Shown: positions 56,894 to 64,000 of the stretch, piece by piece
How positions within the stretch are numbered: the first letter of the stretch is position 1
How the letters are laid out: every line of letters begins with the position of its first letter
Origin: an uncultured Treponema sp.
GTDB lineage: Bacteria; Spirochaetota; Spirochaetia; Treponematales; Treponemataceae
Reading direction: 5' to 3' (one strand)
Assembly: GCF_946531015.1 (NCBI RefSeq)
Contig: NZ_CAMNAL010000001.1
DNA: 64,000 nucleotides
Notes under the pieces: model-generated
Database searches by the model: none
Told to the model about the DNA's origin: nothing
Seen by the model: the letters and a program-made list of their open reading frames with translations, nothing else
Program-made: the position numbers and the translations under genes

Positions 56894-57700
56894 TTGCACA
56901 GACAGAATTATGAAAACTATCTCAGGAAACTGAATTTTTCCGAGAACACAATCCGCTCTTACTTGTATGCGGCGAATGATTACAAAAAACGCTTTGGGAA
57001 GATTACGCAAAAGAGAATCTCTGATTACAGGGACTTTCTGCTTGAAAACTATTCCGTCAAGACCGTGAACTTACGGCTGGCTGGACTCACAAAATACATG
57101 CGTTTTCTTAAAAAAGACAAATTACTTCCGAAATTCGTGAAGGAACAGGGGGAGACATACCTGCAGAATGTTATCAGCAGCGAAGACTACGAGCGACTCA
57201 AAAAATCACTGGAAAAAGACAAGCGACTCAAATGGCTTTTCATCGTTTGCTATCTTGGCTCGACAGGAGTTCGCGTGAGTGAGCTGATTCAGCTGAAAGT
57301 GGAAAATGTAAAACAGGGTTTCGCTGACATCCGCTCCAAAGGCGGGAAAATCAGAAGAATCTACATTCCCGAAGAACTGAAAAAACGCACGCTTGAATGG
57401 CTAATGTCCGAAAAAAGGAATGACGGCTATCTTTTCCTCAACAAATTCGGCCTTCAAATAAGCACAAGGGGAATATCAGCGGAGCTTCAACATTTTTCTT
57501 CTATATATAACATCAACCATAAGACACTTCATCCACATTCTTTCCGGCACTTCTTTGCGAAAAACTTCCTGGAAAAAGGCGGTGACATAACCTTTCTTGC
57601 TGACTTGCTTGGCCACGAAAGCCTAGAAACGACGAGAATCTACCTTAGGAAAAGCATCGAAGAGCAAAAGAAAATCGTAAACACCATAGTAAAGTGGTAA
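56894..57700 (+). CDS. Tyrosine recombinase/integrase
   Basis: TGVRVSE, KGGK.R, HSFRH, LLGH, TRIY; all catalytic residues present; TTG start. Confidence 0.92.
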   Translation: MHRQNYENYLRKLNFSENTIRSYLYAANDYKKRFGKITQKRISDYRDFLLENYSVKTVNLRLAGLTKYMRFLKKDKLLPKFVKEQGETYLQNVISSEDYERLKKSLEKDKRLKWLFIVCYLGSTGVRVSELIQLKVENVKQGFADIRSKGGKIRRIYIPEELKKRTLEWLMSEKRNDGYLFLNKFGLQISTRGISAELQHFSSIYNINHKTLHPHSFRHFFAKNFLEKGGDITFLADLLGHESLETTRIYLRKSIEEQKKIVNTIVKW

Positions 57701-57705
57701 AATCC

Positions 57706-57845
57706 ATTTTTTTTGCGCAAGATAATCCGGCTGCCGCCCTTCCGTGGCTCAGTAACCCTCGGCCGTCCGCTCCGCTCCCGGCTGGCGGCCAAGCCGCCCC
57801 CACTCCACGGCGGAGCGGCAATTTCCGCCTGACAGGTGGCGGTCA
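57706..57845. repeat. GC-rich repeat whose first 35-40 bp recur upstream of rpn (about 55846-55884)
   Basis: CGCAAGATWATCCGGCTGCCGCCCTTCCG is present at both sites. Confidence 0.7.
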
Positions 57846-57860
57846 TGTGCTGCCGAGACT

Positions 57861-57929
57861 GAGCAGATTGCACGCTGCTGTTCTCTGCCCCTGGAGCAAG
57901 TTCTTGCACTCAAAGAAGAGCTTTCCTAA
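57861..57929 (+). pseudogene. Remnant C-terminus of a second rpn allele
   Basis: Encodes EQIARCCSLPLEQVLALKEELS*; 57892-57923 is identical to 56845-56876 (32 bp). Confidence 0.8.
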
Positions 57930-58481
57930 ACCATACCCTTCTCAACAGCACTTATAGCTGAATAAAAACATTCGCATGGCTTACGAATAATCTCTGGCCG
58001 TGTGCATGTTGCATTTTCTCACACCTCAAAAATATTCTTACAAAAAATTTCTTACTAACATTTTACTAAAGTTTTCTCTCTTTTATGCCGATATTTACAA
58101 ATGGAAGGTTCTGTCTTTTTTCAAAAATTCTTCTGAAAAACAGGATTTCCGAAAGATAATGTGTTTTTTCGTTGAAATTTTCTGAAAGTGCGTTATATTG
58201 AATATGTATTCTCTTGCGTTTTGACTGGGTGGGAATAGGGTCGGAATTGCAGAATAAAACGGAAGCATTGCTGTCCTTTTTGCGTGTCTTTGCACACATC
58301 TGCAATTTTATAGAGTATTTGCCATCGGTTGAACGGTTTCTCTAAACTATTCAATAAAGTAAAAATCCATTGGCAAACTAACAGACTTTTTCGGAAAACC
58401 TCAGCTTTCCGAAAAATTAAAAGGAAATACGGGCACAGCATTTCCGATAAGCCCCCTTATTGGTAACGCTGTGACAAAAAT

Positions 58482-59006
58482 ATGAAAAGGGCATCCGCTT
58501 TTGTTCTCATTTTCAGCTTTCTCTTCCTTCTATTCGCTTCGGGTTGCAATCAGTCGGTGGATGACATGTTGGACGGGTACAATGGGGGATTTTCACCTGT
58601 ATATACGGTATTAGAGCAGGATGAGAAAGAAGAAGAGATTCCGCTTTCTCCTGGAGATGACGGTTTTGACCCAGAAAAAATGCTGAGGGAGGTGTATTCA
58701 ATACAGGCTGATTCAACATTAATTTTGGCAGGACCGCCGAACAATGTGTATTCATACGACTGGATGGTCTATGGACCAATTTCAGTTTCATTAGACGACA
58801 ACATTACAAACGGAGAGGACAATATAGTCAATGTCAGACCTTTCAAAGGAACGCTGAATGACCAAACATTTGTCATCTATGTGCCACAATCGGGGTTGGA
58901 AGTTAACAACACTTACAAAGTGACCCTCAGAATTGTTACGCAAGGAGGTGTATTTTACAAAGATTCATGCAGCGTCGTGATTTATCCACACGCTAAATAT
59001 AACTAG
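58482..59006 (+). CDS. Hypothetical lipoprotein
   Basis: Signal peptide with lipobox ASGC; beta-rich C-terminal half. Confidence 0.72.
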   Translation: MKRASAFVLIFSFLFLLFASGCNQSVDDMLDGYNGGFSPVYTVLEQDEKEEEIPLSPGDDGFDPEKMLREVYSIQADSTLILAGPPNNVYSYDWMVYGPISVSLDDNITNGEDNIVNVRPFKGTLNDQTFVIYVPQSGLEVNNTYKVTLRIVTQGGVFYKDSCSVVIYPHAKYN

Positions 59007-59081
59007 GGAATTCTTCCCGGACAAAGGGACTTTTCCCTTTATGAAATTTGTTAATAAATCCAAAGATATGGAGGAAAAATT

Positions 59082-61937
59082 ATGAAAAAATCTAAGATTT
59101 TTTTAGTGTTGGCAGGATTAGCCTTAATTTTTACGGCTTGTTCTGACGTCTCTAACGGAGATGATGCTTCATTAAGCACAGGCTACGCAAACGCTAGCAA
59201 AGAAGTAAAATCTTTGACATTGAATGCCACCTCTGACAAAAAGTTGCTGACATTCCCTGTTGAAGATTCTTCATCACGAACAATTTTGCCAGCTGCTGTC
59301 GATGCAAGCGGCAACTCTGTCAAATTCTTTTTGGCATACACCGATCAATTGGCAGCGACCCCAACAGAAAAAATGTGGACCGGAAGTTCAGATACATCGG
59401 TAGTAACACCAGCCCCTGTTATCTTTACTTCTACAGATGGTTCTACAACAAAAGGAACTATTGCGCTTACTTTTGATGTTTCTGTGTACTCATTCACTTT
59501 GTTCTGTGTACCTGCTTCTAAAGCCACTTCTGTTACAAGTAAGCCTAGTGCTTTGTCAAATGCAATGTTCGTAGGTTATGCAAATGCTGATTTGCGTTAT
59601 AATGATGACATAACATTCTATCTCACAGCTGATAAAAGTACTGGTAATGGCGATGTTGAACTCAGATTGTGGTCAACAAATACAAAGAGCAAAACTGACC
59701 TTTACGAAATTGCAGAAGGCTATGCAGTAACTGCAGCTATTTATAAAAAAAATGATGAGACAGTTCTCATACCAACAAGTGGCCAATCTCAAAGTATAAT
59801 GACTGGAGATTTCACAGATGATACAAATGGACGAAAACTAATTGGAAGTGCTAGTTACAGTAAATTTGCTGCCACAGGTGTAAAACCAGGTTCATACACA
59901 TTTGCCGTTACTTTTACATCTGCCACAGCAACTTATTATTACAGCGATGAAATAATCATTCTTCCTAATCAAAAAACAGATTTTGATGTATTCATTCCAA
60001 AAGTTTATGAAGAGCCGCCTGCACCCCCAAGTGCATTTATGGTTGCATATGCGGATCCTCTTGTAAAAACAGATGACTATTATTACGCTCAGTTTGCCTG
60101 GTCTGATAATTCAAATAATGAACGAGAATTCCAGATAGACCTTCTTAAAGTTGATGATGCAATCAGTAATATTGTCACTTCAACTGATTACAAAAAGTCT
60201 GCCGTTCCATCTGATGATTCTTCATGGTCTACTAGTCTCAACGCTTACGGTTTGGCTGCTACAGATATTGTAACTTATAAATGGGCAGAGTATCAAAATT
60301 CTTCATTTAACCCAAATCCAGAAAAATACTCGCTCATAAAAAACAACACGACTGCCGTATTCATGCTCCCGCTTGGGTCACGCTATCTTGCTCGTATCCG
60401 CGCAGTAAATGATGCTGGTCCTTCCGCTTATGCTTATCTAAACATCACAAATGTCAAAACTGGTGCAGCTAATGAAACAATTGATATATACGACAGAAAT
60501 GGAGACGGTTCTACTGCCTCAGAATCAGATGTTGATGTTGCAGGAAAAATCTACTGCACAGAAACAAAAACTTTCGGCTCATCTGATAAAAAAATTGTTG
60601 CATATTCGTCTGTAACTCCAGCAAATGCTGACATACCATTAAATGGTAATTATTCTAAAACTTCTGTTACATTCAAAGCATTTGAAAAGAAGTATACCGA
60701 TAATGATCCAAGCAAAGATGTAATTTCTGATGTTCTCACAATCAACCGTTACAGAATCAAATACAATCTTAATGACGGTGAATTCAAAGGTGCTTTATCA
60801 TCTGGTACTTACAGTCCGATTGATGCATCGGAACTTCCTGACACAGTTATTTATGCAACACAAAAATATGCTTCAGAGACATCTACAACACCTGTTGGCG
60901 AAACAATTTTAATTCCTGACGGAAATGTAAAAGGAGCTGATACCGGAACCGGTACAGATTATCTTGATGTATCCGGGGCTGTTCAATCAGGTAAGACACT
61001 TAATCTCCTTTCTGTCAACGCAGAGAATATAAATAAGTTCAGCCGATGGCTCTTGTACAGTACGCAGGATTCAAACAAAGTTTCTACCGATGGCGGAAAC
61101 CGATATCCGACAACACAGTATTATTGGAAGAAGGATACATCTGAACCTACAAATTCATCATGGAATACTACCGAACTCAGTGGTGTGAGCACACGCTTGA
61201 ATCCCAATGTCTATACAGGACACGAAAACCTTGAACTCTTTGCAAGTTATGCACTCGACACAACTGCAAAGGTTGTGCTTGCTGATTACACAGCTTATGA
61301 ATGGCAAGGCTACGGCGAAACTTATTCTTATGAAAAGAAAGCGAATGCAGCAGCTGACAATGGAACTAAAACTAATGTAAGCAAACTTGACCCGAACCTG
61401 ACTTACGACGATGCTAACTCTAAGTGGGTTTATGCTTACAAGACAGCAACAAGTGAAACTGATTCAACATTAGTTGATGAAACCGCAGATGCAACACTTG
61501 TAACTCGTTCTGACATTTCACTTGTAGGTCTTGCACCAAATGGTACAACTGAAGTTGAACTTGATGGTCTTACATCGAATGGTGATACAGACACTCCTAA
61601 AAAAGTTTTAGTCTCTAAAAATGACTATGTTACTGTATCTGCTACAGCAACACCTTCTCTCAAATTTACACTGGACCAAACGATGCAAGGTTATGACACA
61701 GTAACCCTCAAAATTCGTTCAACGACCAGTGGTTACAACAGTTATTCTTACAAAAAGGATGTCACCCTAGGAAAACCCTATGATGATACTAGCAAAACAT
61801 GGACATCGGCTGCATCCATTACTGTTAATGTAAAAGCATGGACAACAGGAAAATATGAAGTCACATTTGTTGGTTCAAATAAAAAATACCCAAATAAGCT
61901 TTATACATTCCCGCTTGTCATTGATCTGAGAGACTAA
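59082..61937 (+). CDS. Large T/S-rich surface lipoprotein with an FN3-like domain
   Basis: GGAGG RBS; lipobox FTAC; WSDNSNNEREFQI...YLARIRAVNDAGPS. Confidence 0.8.
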   Translation: MKKSKIFLVLAGLALIFTACSDVSNGDDASLSTGYANASKEVKSLTLNATSDKKLLTFPVEDSSSRTILPAAVDASGNSVKFFLAYTDQLAATPTEKMWTGSSDTSVVTPAPVIFTSTDGSTTKGTIALTFDVSVYSFTLFCVPASKATSVTSKPSALSNAMFVGYANADLRYNDDITFYLTADKSTGNGDVELRLWSTNTKSKTDLYEIAEGYAVTAAIYKKNDETVLIPTSGQSQSIMTGDFTDDTNGRKLIGSASYSKFAATGVKPGSYTFAVTFTSATATYYYSDEIIILPNQKTDFDVFIPKVYEEPPAPPSAFMVAYADPLVKTDDYYYAQFAWSDNSNNEREFQIDLLKVDDAISNIVTSTDYKKSAVPSDDSSWSTSLNAYGLAATDIVTYKWAEYQNSSFNPNPEKYSLIKNNTTAVFMLPLGSRYLARIRAVNDAGPSAYAYLNITNVKTGAANETIDIYDRNGDGSTASESDVDVAGKIYCTETKTFGSSDKKIVAYSSVTPANADIPLNGNYSKTSVTFKAFEKKYTDNDPSKDVISDVLTINRYRIKYNLNDGEFKGALSSGTYSPIDASELPDTVIYATQKYASETSTTPVGETILIPDGNVKGADTGTGTDYLDVSGAVQSGKTLNLLSVNAENINKFSRWLLYSTQDSNKVSTDGGNRYPTTQYYWKKDTSEPTNSSWNTTELSGVSTRLNPNVYTGHENLELFASYALDTTAKVVLADYTAYEWQGYGETYSYEKKANAAADNGTKTNVSKLDPNLTYDDANSKWVYAYKTATSETDSTLVDETADATLVTRSDISLVGLAPNGTTEVELDGLTSNGDTDTPKKVLVSKNDYVTVSATATPSLKFTLDQTMQGYDTVTLKIRSTTSGYNSYSYKKDVTLGKPYDDTSKTWTSAASITVNVKAWTTGKYEVTFVGSNKKYPNKLYTFPLVIDLRD

Positions 61938-61958
61938 CTCCCAAATTAGTGATAATTC

Positions 61959-62006
61959 GGCAGCCAGATTTCAGCAAAAATTCTGAATTCTGGCTGTCCT
62001 TTCTTA
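61959..62006 (+). terminator. Hairpin/terminator between the lipoprotein genes
   Basis: GGCAGCCAGATTTCAG...CTGAATTCTGGCTGTC followed by a pyrimidine tract. Confidence 0.65.
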
Positions 62007-62019
62007 ATTATGGTTCAAA

Positions 62020-63990
62020 ATGAAAAAAATCGTCTTACTTTTTGAAGCTATATTCTCTCTTTTCTCATTCCTTTCCTGCTCAAATTTAAATGATGGCGAA
62101 ATTGCGTATATCATTCCAAAAGTAAAAGGCCGGCTAGTGGATATTTCTGTTTATTCTCAGGATAATATTTTTTCAGATCCTTCACGAACCTTGCTCCCAT
62201 CCGCTTTGTCAAGCGCATATTATTATCTTTTTTATATCGATACGCTTAGCACTAATGACACTGAATATTCATACTACGGCACTGTAGATTTAACATATTC
62301 CTCACCAACACTAGCAACAGCCTCTGTTGATTTTTCACCTTCGGTCTATCGCTTTATTCTTTATGCAAGCGAAACTGAAATTTCTTCCCCAACTATAACA
62401 AAAGTCGCTGAAAAAGCCTGTCTTGCCGGATACACCGTGGCAGATTTATGCGAAGTCAGACAAATCGTCTTTTATCTTTCAGCATCTTCCCTTTCCTCAA
62501 CCGGCACGGCAACTATCACATTGTCCTCAAACTGGACTTTTCCAACCTCATGGGATTTCTCAGAAAATGGAAATTCCACTGCGACGCTCGGGATTTATAA
62601 TGTCTCAACAAATGAACCTATTTCTGTTGGTGGAATAAATATAAATCCTTATTATATGGTTTATCCGACAGAAATTGGCAATTCACTCCATCTTTCCAAC
62701 TACACATTTGCAAACCGTCAGCTTCCTGCTGGAACTTATAACTTTATTGTTCGATTCACAAATTCCGATAACAACACTTCGTATGAATACAATGATTTGA
62801 TTATGATTTTTCCGAATCGTAACACGGATGTTAACATAGAAATTCCTGAAATCATAGAAAAAATTCCGGGACAACCTTCTGATTTTGTAGTTACGCCCAA
62901 TAGTCCATCAAGCGATTCAGCAGAATTTTATATTGCTGATTTTTCATGGATTGATAATGCAAATAATGAAACAGGATTTGAGATTCAAATTGCCGATATA
63001 AGTAGCTCTTATTCAAATCTTACAAGTAGTCTTCCCATTTTCCCATCAATTACAAGTGATTCTTCTTGGGAGGAATCTGTTTATACTTTCTCTTCATCAA
63101 TTGCATGTTATGATGTAAATTCATACAAGAATTATATCACCTATTATTTTAATTATTTCGATAAAGATGATTCATTCTCCCCTGACTCATACTCCCTTTT
63201 GCACAACAATACACAGGCAAAATTTTATCTACGATTCGGAAAACGATATGCAGCTAGAATTCGTTCTGTAAATAATGCTGGTGTAAGTGCCTGGACTTAT
63301 GCTTTTTTTGGGGACGGTTCTTGCTCAACAATAAATCGGTTTAAAGTCGAATATTACGGTGAGGGATCTGTCGAAATCGCCTATTTCAGTCAAAGTGAAA
63401 CAGGCATTCAAATTCAAAGTCCAATTGATACAAACTGGCTTGGATGGTACATTTCATCTATTTCTTATGATTCAGAAGGTATTCCTAATGACCTAAACAA
63501 ATATCCAATGACGAATAATATTTGCGATGCCTACACAGGAAGTGAGAATCTCGTACTCATAGGTCTTTTTAATGAAGAAAGTATCGCACAATCTGAATAC
63601 GCATGGGAGAATTACGACATTCTTGTAAACGGACTTGATGACGGAAATGCTGTATATTTTTCGACCTATCTCTCAGGAAACACAGGAACAGAATCTCAAT
63701 GTGAAAAAGGTCAGTATTTTGAACTTAGCAAAAACGATGTTGATTCTTTGTATTGGACGCTTTCCTCTTCAGCACAATCAAGAAACTATAAGACAGTAAC
63801 CCTTACTTTACGTAAATCTTCAGAAGATACGATTTTCTACTCCGAATTATGGGATTATAGCACAAAAGTTTGGAATACACATATCGCTGGTCTGGAAAAT
63901 GGATTTTATGTAGCGACTTTCATTGCCACAGCAGAAGAATATCCAAATAAAAAATTCAACTTCATAGTTATGTTCAAGGTGAAAGATTAG
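62020..63990 (+). CDS. Surface lipoprotein paralogous to 59082-61937
   Basis: Lipobox FLSC; shared blocks SRTLLP, WIDNANNETGFEI, RYAARIRSVNNAG, TINRF, YTGSENL, YPNK. Confidence 0.8.
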   Translation: MKKIVLLFEAIFSLFSFLSCSNLNDGEIAYIIPKVKGRLVDISVYSQDNIFSDPSRTLLPSALSSAYYYLFYIDTLSTNDTEYSYYGTVDLTYSSPTLATASVDFSPSVYRFILYASETEISSPTITKVAEKACLAGYTVADLCEVRQIVFYLSASSLSSTGTATITLSSNWTFPTSWDFSENGNSTATLGIYNVSTNEPISVGGININPYYMVYPTEIGNSLHLSNYTFANRQLPAGTYNFIVRFTNSDNNTSYEYNDLIMIFPNRNTDVNIEIPEIIEKIPGQPSDFVVTPNSPSSDSAEFYIADFSWIDNANNETGFEIQIADISSSYSNLTSSLPIFPSITSDSSWEESVYTFSSSIACYDVNSYKNYITYYFNYFDKDDSFSPDSYSLLHNNTQAKFYLRFGKRYAARIRSVNNAGVSAWTYAFFGDGSCSTINRFKVEYYGEGSVEIAYFSQSETGIQIQSPIDTNWLGWYISSISYDSEGIPNDLNKYPMTNNICDAYTGSENLVLIGLFNEESIAQSEYAWENYDILVNGLDDGNAVYFSTYLSGNTGTESQCEKGQYFELSKNDVDSLYWTLSSSAQSRNYKTVTLTLRKSSEDTIFYSELWDYSTKVWNTHIAGLENGFYVATFIATAEEYPNKKFNFIVMFKVKD

Positions 63991-64000
63991 TCTCGATAAA

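Noticed and set aside
57694-57957. Small ORFs spanning the repeat after the integrase (also 46865-47062, 7118-7483, 51542-51802)
   Set aside because: They are translations of palindromic repeats with no RBS or protein-like composition.

Overview
A 64-kb stretch of bacterial chromosome that looks like a host-associated spirochete, probably Treponema. That assignment is inferred from gene content and lipoprotein style, not from a database match. The backbone is housekeeping: mnmG, add, pepF, rpoN, a CdaR-GntP-glycerate kinase locus, a TolC/MFP/RND efflux operon, a CHASE2 adenylate cyclase, clpP, mazG, pth, recG, yggT, dnaE, a hybrid two-component pair and a lone groES. Accessory regions are an AT-rich island of exported proteins (19.7-24.2 kb), a yefM-yoeB module, an Rpn plus tyrosine recombinase locus, and tandem lipoproteins at the right end. 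The most interesting signals are non-coding: (1) a family of small multi-hairpin repeats with CsrA-type CANGGANG loops that duplicate the 3' end of the gene they follow; (2) a second palindromic repeat found both intergenically and in-frame inside recG; (3) an ISAs1-like MITE in two copies, one with a 10-bp target duplication; (4) a perfect sigma54 promoter upstream of an RpoS-like sigma factor, with rpoN in the same window; (5) a conserved 38-nt leader in front of three unrelated secreted-protein genes; (6) an Rpn gene with an internal start, an integrase and a second variant C-terminus. No rRNA, tRNA or CRISPR array was recognised. Several start codons were moved from the supplied ORF track.
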